A stretch of 64,000 bases of DNA from Octopus vulgaris (Eukaryota). The stretch spans positions 37,510,001 to 37,574,000 of the forward strand of contig OX597832.1 in the NCBI GenBank assembly GCA_951406725.2. Reading direction: 5' to 3'. A model generated the notes under the pieces. That model did no database searches. It saw only the letters and a program-made list of their open reading frames with translations, and was not told the DNA's origin. This document shows, piece after piece, positions 1 to 12,966 of this stretch. The position numbers were made by a program, and so were the translations under genes. How positions within the stretch are numbered: the stretch's first letter is position 1; every line of letters begins with the position of its first letter.

Positions 1-55
1 ATCATCATCGTCACCGTCGTCATCATCATCATCATCGTCATCATCATCATCATTG

Positions 56-88
<33 letters not shown>
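1..88. repeat. (ATC)n microsatellite, imperfect
   Basis: Direct reading of ATC/GTC triplet run. Confidence 0.95.
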
Positions 89-89
<1 letters not shown>

Positions 90-274
90 AATCAATATTG
101 TTGTTGTTGTATACATACACATACAGCCCCTCTCTCACATACACATACACATTTACGTATAAACTTATCTTCTGTTGCACTGCATGAACTGATAATGGGT
201 TTCGCAGAACCACCCACGCATAAAATAACAACATCCCCAGTTGTTCGTCTGTCTGTCTCTAAATATTTCTCTTG

Positions 275-315
<41 letters not shown>

Positions 316-430
316 TCTTTCTGTTCCGCTCACTCCTCCTGTCTCTCTTCCTTCCTTAACCTTCCTTCCTTTCTCCCTATCACCCTCCTCGATTCTCCGT
401 ATCTTTAATATAAACCAATTAACCAACCTA

Positions 431-578
431 TATGTATATGTGTATGTATGTATGTATGTATGTATGTATGTATGTATGTATGTATGTATGTATGTATGTA
501 TGTATGTATGTAGGTGTGTATGTAGGTGTGTATGTATGTATGTATGTATGTATGTATGTATGTATGTATGTATGTATG
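431..578. repeat. (TATG)n microsatellite
   Basis: Direct reading. Confidence 0.95.
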
Positions 579-638
579 CATGTTTTTGACCCCAGACAGA
601 AGATAAATTGTTTTTACTTCAAATTTCTATGAATTCTT

Positions 639-681
639 AATATTTGATGAGATGGGATTCATCATCGAAACCGGTAATATT
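639..681 (+). ncRNA. Minimal type I hammerhead ribozyme motif (PLE/retrozyme-like)
   Basis: AAUAU-UUGAUGA-GAUG(GGAUUCAU)CAUC-GAAAC-CG-GUA-AUAUU. Stem I is 639-643/677-681, stem II is 651-654/663-666, stem III is the palindrome ACCGGU, GUA cleavage triplet at 674-676. C3 is U. Confidence 0.7.
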
Positions 682-822
682 TTCTTTATATAATCTTTAA
701 AATCATTTTTATTAAATTCCTTCTAAAATTGAAATGTCTTAGATTTACGTCTGTGCTATTTCCACCTCCATCTTTTATATACACACACACATATATACAC
801 ACACACATGCACACACACTTAA

Positions 823-1157
<335 letters not shown>

Positions 1158-1383
1158 TATATATATATATATGCAAAATTTAGAGGACTGACCACTAAAA
1201 GTGGACAGCCTATATGCTAAACATAGACGTCAAATCGCCATTACCACGAAGAATGTGTTCTCAAGAAAAATCTCAGCAAAAAACCCAAAATGTAAAAATA
1301 AACAAGACAAATGAAAATATACCAAATAAAAAAGCGATTACCTTTATACCATTGGTTTCACCTGTTAATATTTACGTATATGG

Positions 1384-1604
1384 ACACGCGTACCCTTGAC
1401 ATAGTTCTCAGGGGGATTCAGTATGACACAGAATGTGACAAAGCCGACCCTTTGAAATAGAGGTGCTACTCATTCTTGCCAGCTGAGTGAACTTGGGCAA
1501 CGTGAAATAAAGTGTCTTGTTCAAGGATCCAACGCGCTACCGGGTATTGAACCCTCGACCTGACGATCGTAAGCCTAATACCCTAACCATTGAACCATGC
1601 ACTC
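1384..1604 (-). mobile_element. tRNA-derived SINE (family C), diverged
   Basis: Reverse complement has A/B-box head and CCTTGAACAAGACACTTTATTTCACGTTG, like 9427-9535. Confidence 0.7.
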
Positions 1605-2037
1605 TCTATCTTTCTCTCTTTCTCTCACTACCATAATAGCACTCCAGCAAGCAACTAACACGTGACTATAACATACCCCAATTCAAATGTGTTAGTAGGT
1701 TATATAAGATACAAAAATCGGCTTTCAAAATATGGCGATCTGTTTCAAAATATGCTTTACCATTGAATACTTTAGTCTAGAGTTTTAAAATTCATTCACA
1801 GAAATTCCTATTTTTGAGAACTTCCAAACTTTCTGGTTGTGTTCGCTAATAAACTTTAGTTTTCTCACTCGTATCTTGTATCTTGTAGTCGTATAAGCAT
1901 TACTTTCATTAAACATGGCTTTTAATGTAATTTTAACATCCATATTTCAAAATTACATGCCTGTAGCCTCACTTGCACGTACACACACACACGCACACAC
2001 ACACACAAACACACACACACACACACACACACACATT

Positions 2038-2188
2038 CGATGGGCTTCTTTTAGTTTCCATCAATCAAATCCATTAACAAAGCTTTAGTCGACCCGAGGC
2101 TATAGTAGAAGACACTTGCCCAAGGTGTCATGCAGTGGGACTGAACCTGGAACCATTTGGCTTAGAAGCGAACTTCTTACCATACAGA
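2038..2188 (-). mobile_element. tRNA-derived SINE family B, 5' half
   Basis: Reverse complement GGTTCAGTCCCACTGC...CCTTGGGCAAGTGTCTTCTACTATAGCCTCGGG, shared with 62685-62990 and 56935-57225. Confidence 0.85.
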
Positions 2189-2689
2189 TTCAAAGCTGTG
2201 TGTGTGTATCGCGTCGAGGAGGTGACAAAAAGATGAGAGATACGTATACCGAAGCATACTAGGCGAGGGAATGATAGAAATGAAATAATTAGTGCTGAGC
2301 TGGTGGGAGAGAGTTGTTAACGAGAGATGGGTTCGGTCGGGAAGAAAGCGACGAAGGGAAAAAAGAAGCAAGTGGGAGGAAAATACAAGAAAGTAGGAGG
2401 AAAATAGCAGAGGAAAATCCATGTTCAATATATAATATGATGCAAGGGAAATGAAAAGTAGAACGGAAATGAAAAGAAAAATGAAAGAAAGTAGTAGAGA
2501 AAAGAAAGCTATCATCAATATAACGTGATGGGATGCATGACTGCATATTTAGGAACAGATGCATACTAAGATGTTTTTTTCTCTCACAGTCCAGGTCGGT
2601 CGTAAACATTCAAAGTTGTCAACATTACTATGTAGGATATCTGTACACATGCACATGCGTATATATGTATATGTGCATACATATACATA

Positions 2690-2751
<62 letters not shown>

Positions 2752-2760
2752 CATATGTGC

Positions 2761-2842
<82 letters not shown>

Positions 2843-3551
2843 ATAAATACACACACACATACGTACTTATATATATGTATATAGATATATTATAATGTAC
2901 CAAACGAAGGGGAAAATTCCTTCAATGGGGTGTAAAACATTCAATTCAATGGTACGTCAGTTGACTACCACAGAAATGGGGGTATAAATACAAAATACAA
3001 ACAATAAATTAAATAGAGAAATACAATTGAGAATCTAACAGAATATTTATAATATAACATAATATAATATAATATAAATATAATATAAGATAGGACAACA
3101 TAAAAAGATTATTTAGAAAACCAAAGAAGCCAACAATTTGTTTTGACTTATGTACATTATTTGATTTCTAAACAACTCATATCAATATACACAAGGGGTT
3201 TGGTTCAAAAGACAGACGAAATTCCATGTTAAAAAAGGATTGCTAAGTTGCAAAATAGTGATTCAAAATACTTATGTTTAGAAGCGTGAGCGTTAACTAT
3301 TCAAATACATACCAAGTACCATAAAAGAAAAATAACGGACAAAAAAAATAAGTAAAGAATATCTACAACTTTCAAAATGTTTCTATATATCCCCAATAAT
3401 ATCAATTCAAACGCATTTAAGTCAAAAACAATCAGTAGCTATTTTAATAATATACAATAATAACAATATATAATTAAATGAAGTATCAGATTCCTACTTA
3501 GTTTAAGAGACGGTAATAAAGCATTTAAATCAATATTCATTTTACAAAGCG

Positions 3552-3893
3552 CGGCGAGCTGGCAGAATCGTTAGGACGCCGGGCGAAATGCTTAGCGATA
3601 TTTCTTCTGCCACAACGTTCTGAGTTCAAATTCCGCCGAGGTCGATTTTGCCTTTCATCCTTTCGGGCTCGATTAAATAAGTACCAGTTACGCACTGGGG
3701 TCGATATAATCGACTTAATCCGTTTGTCTGTCCTTGTTTGTCCTCTCTGTGTTTAGCCCCTTGAGGGTAGTAAAGAAATAGAAATAGGTATTTCGCCAGC
3801 CTTTACGTTCTGAGTTCGAATTCCGCCGAGGTCAACTTTGCCTTTCATCCTTTCGGGGTCGATTAAATAAGCACCAATTACGCACTGGGGTCG
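3552..3893 (+). mobile_element. tRNA-derived SINE family A, tandem (full unit plus partial second unit)
   Basis: GGCGAGCTGGCAGAATCGTTAG (A box), GAGTTCAAATTCC (B box), core GCCTTTCATCCTTTCGGG(G/C)TCGAT..AAGTACCAG resembling the Meta/MESC-type SINE core; second unit starts near 3788. Confidence 0.9.
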
Positions 3894-4192
3894 TTATTTA
3901 ATAACGTCTCCAGCATTTGTCTCCATTTAAAATTTTTCCTATATATATATATATATATATAATATGTATGTGTACATACATATATATAAGAGGTGCATAG
4001 TTATTTCCATATAGTTATATATACAACTGTATATACTGATAGAGTGCATATACGCATGCGCACATGCACACATACACATACATACATTTATATATATACA
4101 TACATCAAATATAGTATTCTGTGAGGATAAGATCAACAGAAAGTATTGGTGAGAGATAAATATTATTCAATAGACACAATACATGTTTTTAG

Positions 4193-4276
4193 GTACTACT
4201 AATAGTTTCTTGTGCTGAGAATATGCCAAATTATGAATTATAACATTTGTAGCATATCCGCGCAATCATCAAGCAC
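4193..4276 (-). ncRNA. Type I hammerhead motif with extended stem II
   Basis: Minus: GUGC-UUGAUGA-UUGCGCGGAUAUGC...GCAUAUUCUCAGCACAA-GAAAC-UAUUA-GUA-GUAC. Confidence 0.55.
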
Positions 4277-4517
4277 ATCAGCCTCAGTTCCTTCTGAAGA
4301 ATTGTAAAATTCCGCCTATATCAGATTAATCTGTTGCTATTTTTTTCCAGCCTTATGATTTAAGGTCTAAAGGAGATAACTATTTTACCTTTTCACTGAT
4401 TTCTGATTACTTTTTCGCTTTCAGTTCTTTAACCTTTTGCGTTTTCTATATGCTTCCTTTTCGACTTTTCGCGTTTCTTCTCTCACTCAATTTTTAGCTT
4501 ATTATGATATGCAGTTT

Positions 4518-4575
4518 ATGCCTGATGACTGTGCGGAGATGCCCATGAAAACATGTATTGTATCTATTAAATAAT
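4518..4575 (+). repeat. Inverted, internally deleted partner of 4160-4276 (keeps CUGAUGA)
   Basis: ATGCCTGATGACTGTGCGGAGATGC and AAAACATGTATTGTATCTATTAAATAAT match the reverse complement of 4252-4276 and 4160-4189. Confidence 0.7.
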
Positions 4576-4740
4576 GTATATATATATATATATAAGAAGA
4601 CTACCGGTAGACGTTGGCGTTTATATGTGTATGTATGTGTTGTGTTTGTGTACATGACTGTATGTATGTTGTGTGTGTAGATATATATATATATATATAT
4701 ATATATATCTACACACACAAAACGCATACAGTCATGTACA

Positions 4741-4812
4741 CAAACACGAGCGCACACACACGAGCTCACACACACGAGCGCACACACACGAGCGCACACA
4801 CACGAGCGCACA
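4741..4812. repeat. 14-bp minisatellite (CACACACACGAGCG) x about 5
   Basis: Direct reading. Confidence 0.85.
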
Positions 4813-4840
4813 CATACAGTTATATATATATATATATATA

Positions 4841-4938
4841 GTTAATCCAAACATGAACAAAGAAAAAACACCACAATGCGAGGACGTGGAACAAGTATAG
4901 TGTTATTGGACGCTTAGGAAAGGAAAGAAAAGAGAAGG

Positions 4939-4940
<2 letters not shown>
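4841..4940 (-). mobile_element. Family P1 fragment, truncated before the hammerhead
   Basis: GTTAATCCAAAC...GCGAGGACGTGGAACAA...TTATTGGACGCT shared with 34637 and 49752 copies; flanked by (TA)n. Confidence 0.8.
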
Positions 4941-4969
<29 letters not shown>

Positions 4970-5429
4970 CGCTTTCATGCTTCGAAACACCTAATCATAT
5001 TATACTCATGCTAATTTTTCCACCACTATTTTCTCTCATTTTTTTGTCATTGACCTTCGACTTGCAATTGTTTTCATTTCTTCATCTCTTTCGCCCGCCC
5101 TAATTCACCGTCTTTATATAAACCTGCGATGTCAACGCCACTTAGTATCATTACTGTCTTCCTTACTAAGTACTAATATAGGTACATTTCACTCCATATC
5201 TCTCCACCTCACGCCATACCTACATACTAGATGTAGTCTTTCCGTTATTTTTGTCAATCCTTCACTTTCCTTCTCTTTCTTCTTTTCTTTCTTTTTCTTG
5301 TCTTTTTCTCCATCCTCACTTCTTGCTGTGAAGGAAGCGAATATGTATAAGTTTATGTATGCATTTGGTAAATTTATGTAGCTAATATACATGCACTTAA
5401 AATGTGTTTATGTATGTGTGTGTGTATGT

Positions 5430-5514
<85 letters not shown>

Positions 5515-5551
5515 ATATATATAAACATATATATATATATATATGCAAAGG

Positions 5552-5594
<43 letters not shown>

Positions 5595-6210
5595 TACGAG
5601 AGGAAGTTAAAAATTATCTGCACTTTCGCCATAACATGTCTTTATTATTGTCACACTACCTTCTGCGCATGCGTGCTTATAGTTGGTACTATTATGTTCA
5701 CGTGATCGAAGTGTGAGCCTAAGAGCACCATTTTTCTTTCTCAGTTTACAGTATAAGCGTGGCCGCTCCACTAGCAATGTGCACCAAAGAAGAGTAAAGA
5801 ACAGTGATCCGATTTCTCTGGAAAAGGGAAGCACGATCGATTGTTCGATCAAATGCAGTGCCTTGCTGGCCAACAAACGGAAGCCAGCAATAATGAAGCC
5901 ATTGACCGATTGGGTTTTGAGGTGTTGGAACACCCTGCCTACAGCCCAGATCTTCCGACTATCATATCTTTGGACCGCTCAGAGATGGTTTACGAGGTCA
6001 TCGATTTCCTACGGAAGGAAGCGATGCATAAATGGTTGCACGACCAACCGAAAACCTTCTTCTTGGAGGGAATACACTGGCCTGTGCGTCGCTGGACCAA
6101 ATGCATCGAAAGAGACTCTGTACAAAAATGACGTATTTGTTTATCCCTTGCTTTTTGTGTAAATACATTGGAAAAACAAGAGTGCGTACAATGTTTGACT
6201 CTCCCTCGTA
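5595..6210 (+). mobile_element. Internally deleted mariner element with both TIRs
   Basis: TIRs 5595-5624 and 6181-6210 match at 22/30 and end in TA. N-terminal relic CTKEE*RTVIRFLW; C-terminal relic LGFEVLEHPAYSPDL...KWLHDQPKTFFLEGI...RWTKCIE. Confidence 0.9.
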
Positions 6211-6221
6211 TATATTCATAT

Positions 6222-6410
6222 ACGCCATGACCGATCGCTAAATCCACAAGTTTTTTATTCGCTCTCTCTTTATTTCAGTGTGTTCCGTTCTGATGAAGAG
6301 CGTAAGCTCGAAACGCAAAATATGTTCTCACTTTCCCGAGCGTCAAACTAATACACCTGCTTGTTGATTATACACCTGTCTTCGTCTTTTGTCTTTCTGT
6401 GAATTTCAAC

Positions 6411-6412
<2 letters not shown>
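6222..6412 (+). mobile_element. Family P1 hammerhead-bearing repeat
   Basis: CUGAUGA-AGAGC(GUAA)GCUC-GAAACG at 6290-6315; 3' part similar to 63330-63418; ends at a TA/CATA tract. Confidence 0.75.
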
Positions 6413-6499
<87 letters not shown>

Positions 6500-6599
6500 A
6501 TGTATGTATGTATGTATGTATGTATGCATGTATGTATGTATGTATGTATATGTATATATACTTGGAAATAGATGCGTGGCGTTCAATTAAATAATCAAT

Positions 6600-7015
6600 G
6601 GTAAATGATGGCAAAGTTTTATTTCTAAATTCTTTATCCCTTTCAAAATCAAATGAAACAACCGAAATTTGGTAACAAAAGCATTAACATGGCGCAAGTT
6701 GGTGTTGCTGTTGCTCTTAGCACCTTTGATTATGTCATGCAAGTTTTTTTTTTCTACGAGTCTCAAATTGTGACTGTACGAGCTTGCTGGTATACATTGT
6801 GCACATGTTGCGAATATACAGGTAGCGTTAGTACATGTTGCGTTTGTGTATGTTGCGAGAGTATATGAGGATTTCATTGTAGCTTTTACTGTCCTTCTTT
6901 TGTCTTCTAAATTCCTTTTCTTGTATTCGATGATTATACCAACATAATCATATCCATTACTACTTCCTACACTTCTGACAGAAGAAGTCATCCTATTGAA
7001 TAAATTACAAATACA
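6600..7015 (-). pseudogene. Degenerate Penelope-like GIY-YIG endonuclease C-terminus (tentative)
   Basis: ORF 6587-6991 has YDYVGIIIEYKKR, YTNAT, IIKGAK and KNLEIKLCHH in the order expected for PLE YxG..KxR..(N)xT..I..A..NxxxExxxCxH; judged by eye. Confidence 0.4.
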
Positions 7016-7959
7016 ACACTTAGTAATGTGAAAATAATAGAAAAAGGTGTCGGATAAAAATTTTGTACAAATGTCTCAGACAGGCTGTCTGCCTACTCCT
7101 TGTACTTGGGTCCTGTTAGAGTTTCTTGCAAATATTTAACGTATATACATATATACGTACATACGTAGATATATAAAAATATGAGACAGTAAATGGAATT
7201 CACGAGACTCTTTATTAAGAATCACTACGATCGTTTCGACCTGTCATGTACGTTCATATATGTGTATGTGTGAGTATGTGTGTGTGTGTGTCTGTATGTG
7301 TGCTTTATGTATGTATATACTATGCATAAGTATACAGGAACATTATTGCTATCCGTTACCTGTCAAAAGAAACTGCTTAATAATAATAATAAATAATAGT
7401 AATAATAATAATAATAACAACAAGAAAAATGATAATAATGAATGTGCCTAATTTGCCATAATTCCACTGTTTCTGCCTCTTAACTGACATATGTCCAATA
7501 GATGTCAGTGTTAATAATGAATTATAATGTTCACTTCAGCTGTGAGTAGGATGAGTGGCGGAGGGGGAGTTGTAGGAAGGGATGAATGGGTGCAGGAGTT
7601 GATATTAGCGGAGTAGTAGTAGTAGTTGTAAAATGAGGAGAAGATAGAAGAGAAATAAGAGAAAGATTGGAAGTGGATGGCGGTGACGGTGGGGAAATGA
7701 GGCGTGGGGGGAGGGGGAGAGAAGAATCTGTTGATGATAATGGAGGGAGGTGTAAGAAAGAGGGGAAGATAAGGGAAAACGGAGGGGGAAGAGGAGGAAG
7801 AGGAAAAAGAGAATTAACGGAGGGGTCTATGGTAATAGTGTTAATGAAGGATATGAATTAAAATAGAAAGGGAGGAGAAAAGGAGAGGGAGGAAATAAAA
7901 TGAAGAAAAGGGAGAAAAAGGAAATTAACCAGAGAATGAGGAGAAGAAAAGCAGCAGCA

Positions 7960-8189
7960 GAAGAGGAGGAAGAAGTAGAAGAAGAAGAAGAAGAAGAAGA
8001 AGAAGAAGAAGAAGAAGAAGAAGAAGAAGAAGAAAATGGAGGAGGTTGAGGGACAATAAGAAGAGGATGAGAAGAGAAGCGGAAGTGGAGGGGAAGAAGA
8101 AAAAGAAGGTGAAGCTGGAAGAGAAAAGAAAGAAAGAAGGTACTGAAAAGGAGAAGAGAAAGAGAGGAGAAAGAAGAAGAGGAAGAAGA

Positions 8190-8228
<39 letters not shown>

Positions 8229-8280
8229 AGAAGAAGAAGAAGAAGAAGAAGAAGAAGAAGAAGAAGAAGAAGAAGGGAAG
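7960..8280. repeat. (GAA)n polypurine tracts
   Basis: Pure GAA runs at about 7978-8034 and 8206-8275 in a purine-rich block. Confidence 0.95.
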
Positions 8281-9219
8281 GAGCAAAAATGAAGTAAGGG
8301 AAGAAGTAAATCATGAAAAAGAAAGCTAAAATGATGAAAGAAGAAGGAGGAGAAGGAGGAGAAGAAGAAGAAGAAGAATAGTTGTAGTAGTAAAAGAATA
8401 CCGAAGAATGCCAAAATTATGGAGTTGTTGCAAGGGAGAGGTGTCAACTGTTATCTTAATTTGGCACCCAGCCCCGACCCACTAATGTGAAATATTAACC
8501 AGAAATATACCCTTCTCCTGCTACCGCCATCACCACCTCCACCAAGGAACCATCATCCCTCATTCTTAGACTCTGTGTCTATTGCTCCTGCTCCAATGGT
8601 TTCTATTCTAGCTTAAAGATGCGATGAGTCTGAACGAGTTACTTATTAACCAACACAAACACCAACAATAATAACAAAAATAATAATGTACTCCGGTTCC
8701 CCTTTTTTTCTCTCAGACCCTTATTCGACTCTTTGCCCCCAATGGAAACGAACACACGCTTCCACTCAGATTATTTCAACAGACAAGGTTTTCATCTAAT
8801 TCGTCGTGTTTAACTTGTAAATAAAACCCATCGAGGCATGTCGACTTGTAATCTCGGTTTATCTTCGATGTGTCAAACCGGATTTCCGACATAAACCTGA
8901 ATTAGTTTTGTTTTAACCGTTAATGTTGTTGTTGTTGTGATGAGTGTGATGACAGTTGTTCTTGTTCCAGTTGATGTTGTTGTTACGTCCGTTTTATGCA
9001 AAACTTAATTTATGTTTCAAATGCAAGTCTGTCTGTCTCTCTGTCTGTCTGTGCGTGTGAATATATATATACATGAATGAATATAGTTATATCTGTATCT
9101 ATATACATGCACACACACATATGTATATACATACATACATACAATGTACATATATATATATACACACGCATATGCATGTTGTATATCTATGTGTTGATAT
9201 ATTATAAGAATCTATATAA

Positions 9220-9284
9220 AATTAATACATATGTCTAATTTTTATGTACATATAATTTATAGTCATATAAGATATATACATACA

Positions 9285-9320
<36 letters not shown>

Positions 9321-9403
9321 TATGTGTGTGTGTATGTATGTATATGTATATATCTTATATGACTATAAATTATATGTACACAGAAATTAGACATGTATTA
9401 ATT
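9220..9403. repeat. Long inverted repeat/foldback with microsatellite centre
   Basis: AATTAATACAT(AT)GTCTAATTTTTATGTACATATAATTTATAGTCATATAAGATATATACATA is matched by its reverse complement at about 9343-9403. Confidence 0.9.
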
Positions 9404-9426
9404 AATATATATAACGTGTATGTGAA

Positions 9427-9729
9427 GGCGCATGACTCAGTGGTTAGAGCGTCGAGCTTACGATCGTGAGGTTATGAGTTCGAATCACGGACCGGGCTGC
9501 GCGTTGTGTTCTTGAGCAAGACACTTTATTTCACGATGGAGAAATGAGTTGTGATGTCACAGGTGCCAAGCTGTATCGGCGCCTGTGGTTTTCCTGGTGG
9601 CGTGGAGAGGGGAGGCTGGTATCCATGGGCGACTGCTGGTCTTCCATAAACAAACTTGCCCGGACTTGTGCCTGGGAAGTTAACTTTCTCGGTGCAATCC
9701 CATGGTCAGTCATGACCGAAGGAGGTCTC
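9427..9729 (+). mobile_element. tRNA-derived SINE family C
   Basis: GGCGCATGACTCAGTGGTTAGAGCG (A box), GAGTTCGAATC (B box), TTCTTGAGCAAGACACTTTATTTCACG (CORE/V-like domain start). Confidence 0.85.
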
Positions 9730-9740
9730 AGCATATATAT

Positions 9741-10020
9741 AGTCTTATGCTTATATAGGCTCATCCTTTCCTCTGATGATATGTTGCAGTAGAGTCGTGT
9801 GATTTCTTTGGGCATGTATTCTAGGTTATCAGACAAGGAGTGTTGCTCAAGGAGCTGCCTTCCAAGTCTTATGATATTATCAGCCTCATGTATGCAAACT
9901 TGGTCAAGGGATGCGCTTCGAAATTGGGTGGTTAAAAGATGTTGCAAGAGGGATATGATGCGATATTCAAAGGCATTTTTGATCGATGTCAGGCCTCTGC
10001 CACTGTTAAGCCTACGTATG
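9741..10020 (-). mobile_element. R4/Dong-like LINE fragment (post-RT region)
   Basis: Minus frame YIRRLNSGRGLTSIKNAFEYRIISLLQHLL...EADNIIRLGRQLL, homologous to RIYVRQIDGGRGL...ESNNIFKVGDLL at 16405-16630. Confidence 0.75.
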
Positions 10021-10470
10021 TATGTATGTATGTATGTATGTATGTATGTATGTATGTATGTATGTATGTATGTATGTATGTATGTATGTATGTATGTATG
10101 TATGTATGTATGTATGTATGTATGTATGTATGTATGTATGTATGTATGTATGTATGTATGTATGTGTATGTATGTATGTATGTATGTGTGTATGCATGTA
10201 TGTATGTATGTATGTATGTATGTATGTATGCATGCATGTATGTATGTATGTATGCATGCATGTATGTACGTACGTATGTATGTATGTATGTACGTACGTA
10301 CGTATGCATGTATGTATGTATGTGTGTGTGTATGTATGTATGTGTGTATGTATGTATGTATCTATGCATGTATGTACGTACGTACGTGTGTATGTATGTA
10401 TGTATGTATGTATGTATGTATGTATGTGTGTGTGTGTGCGTGCGTATGTATGTATGCATGTATGTATGTA
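10016..10470. repeat. Long (TATG)n compound microsatellite, about 450 bp
   Basis: Direct reading. Confidence 0.95.
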
Positions 10471-10489
10471 TTACTTTTTAAAACTGGTT

Positions 10490-10925
10490 GAGTATTTACC
10501 GTGTCGGAAAAATGCCTGGCGGCATTTCGTCCGTATTATGGTTCTGAGATAAAATTCAGCCGAGGTCGACTTTGCCTTTCGTCCCTTCAGGGTCGATGAA
10601 ATAAGTGCCAGATGATCACCGGTATCGGCATCATCGACGATCCCCCGCTCCCAAACTGTCAGACCATTTGCTTTTATTAGAAAGAACTATCATTATTGTT
10701 TAAGGCAGCGAGCTGGCAGAATCGTTAGCACGTCGGCCAAAATGCTTAGCGGCATTTCGTCCATCTTTACGTCCTGAGTTCAATTCCACCTCGGTTGACT
10801 CTACTTTTCATTCTTTCAGGGACGATGAAATACGTAACAGTGAAGCACTTGTGTCAATGTAATCGACTAGAACCTGCTCCCATAAAAATTTCGAGCTTTG
10901 TGTCTACAGTAGGAAGGATTATTAC
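10490..10925 (+). mobile_element. Two diverged family A SINE copies in tandem (alternative 3' tail)
   Basis: Cores at 10510-10640 and 10703-10870; second copy has head AGGCAGCGAGCTGGCAGAATCGTTAGC. Confidence 0.8.
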
Positions 10926-11387
10926 AACTGTTTAGCCCCCGGTAAGATCTGATCAAGTAGGTCTGACGTAAGGCTAGAGTTGTTATATCCATCGCTCATG
11001 CGCCTCTTTATATATTCCACTGTTAAAGTGTTCTTCAATTTTAAGACGGTTCAATGTTAAGTATGTTTTGGATGTTATCTTGAATTTCACTTCTGTTTGT
11101 AGTCAGATGTTTAAAACTAGATGGACTGGTCATTAACAATTGATTGTTTTCTCTTGGACACAGTGCTGTGCCGATGATGGAATCCGAAATGCAGCTCTGT
11201 AAGACAGCAAGCAGGAGGTTGGCTGACATTCTATAAACTCTTTCGTCAGTGTATTTCTGAACTTTCATATTACACACACACACACACACACATACACACA
11301 CAGAGAGTTTCAAACATAAACACATATACACACACAAACATATATACACATACATATCTCTCTGGATTGGGTAACATATATATATAT

Positions 11388-11426
<39 letters not shown>

Positions 11427-11898
11427 AGCGTATGCGTATGTGTATAATACATGTTCTTTGAATAAAGTCCAAAATTGTACTTGAATATGCTTAATTATAA
11501 ACTTGTCAGCTTCCCCGAAGGAAAATTTCCTTTATTATGATGAACATTAGAAATAATCTATTGACAATATATCAACATTTCTATGTGTCCACAGAGAGCC
11601 TTGTTTTCAAGATGGTGTAACTATTGTCCAACGAAATCTCCAGTCAATGTTAGCATCGAACGCTAAAAGCTCATTAAGATAATATGAAAAATAAGGAAAT
11701 ATGAAAGCACTTCAAAGTGGAAATTCTGACTTGCCTCAAAAGTCTTTCGCCACCACCATCAGCATCACTGACACAAGCACTTCCACCGCCGCCTCTGTCT
11801 CCGCCGCCGCCGCCGCTGCCGCCGCCATACCATCAGACTTCTCTTTCTCTCTTCCATTTCATAGACAATGCACGTATATATACTTGTGTGTGTGTGTT

Positions 11899-11941
<43 letters not shown>

Positions 11942-12766
11942 ACAGACACACATACACTCGTATATACCCACTTACATGTCTGTGTGTGTGTGTGTGTCCA
12001 TTTACTTTGCTGTTGTTAACCTTACTTTAAATAACGCGTTTTTCGAATGTTTTCTTCTCATTCCGTCCTAATCAGCAAGAACTCCAGCTGCGAATCAATA
12101 TAGAATCTGTAAGAAAAGAGCGAAAGCAAATGAAAGCTTGAGGACAGGTACCCGCTGTTTCTGTCATCTTGTCTGCGATTAGTTCGTCCAAGTTATGTCG
12201 GTAACAGTGTTTAGTGATAAACGCAACAGACCTCGGTCCTAAGCACCAGCACAAACACCAAAGCCTAAGTGTCAAACTGCTTCAATTCTCTGGCAATAAT
12301 GGAGAGAATTAAATTTACGATAACATTGCGCACTCAACATTTATTTCTTCATTCTCTTCTTTATGGTGTTTAGTTATTATTTTTTTTTTTTTTGTTATCA
12401 TTGAGGAAGGGGAATTTTGAGGTCGGAGTGGTAGTTGTGTAGTGGTTGGGTGTTGATGGTTTTTTTTTCTTTTCTTTTTGGTGGGGTAGGCATGGGGGGG
12501 GGGGGAAACATTTGGTAGATGATTGTTGTATATGTGTGTGCAGTGGGTAGACGTTAGATTTATTTATGTCTATTATAAATAGTTATGATATGAAAATGAG
12601 AGGAGGAGGAAGAATAAGAGAGAGAGAGAGGGAGAGAGAGAGAGAAAGTGAGAGAGGGTGAGGGAGTGGCTGTGCCTGTCTATGTGTTTACAACAATGGT
12701 AGTAAAGATCTTTCATGCAGACATTGAAAGACAAAAAACTAATATGAGTGTAGAGAGAGGGAAAAT

Positions 12767-12806
<40 letters not shown>

Positions 12807-12922
12807 ATATACAGCATGCATACAATTATATAAACACATAAACACACACATATACACGCATTTATATTTATACATGTACACAGCAATATATACAACTATA
12901 TATACAAGAATAGAAGACTTTA

Positions 12923-12966
<44 letters not shown>

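Noticed and set aside
5683-6162. 159-aa ORF as a host gene
   Set aside because: Off-frame reading across a deleted mariner; the transposase motifs are in other frames
9427-9500. tRNA genes at SINE heads (also 18580, 24976, 31672)
   Set aside because: A/B boxes are present but acceptor stems fail and each continues into a SINE body
11164-11205. 35-nt exon candidate (CAG|TGCTGTGCC...CTCT|GTAAGA)
   Set aside because: No homology or frame support, and it is equally explained as a decayed hammerhead-like repeat
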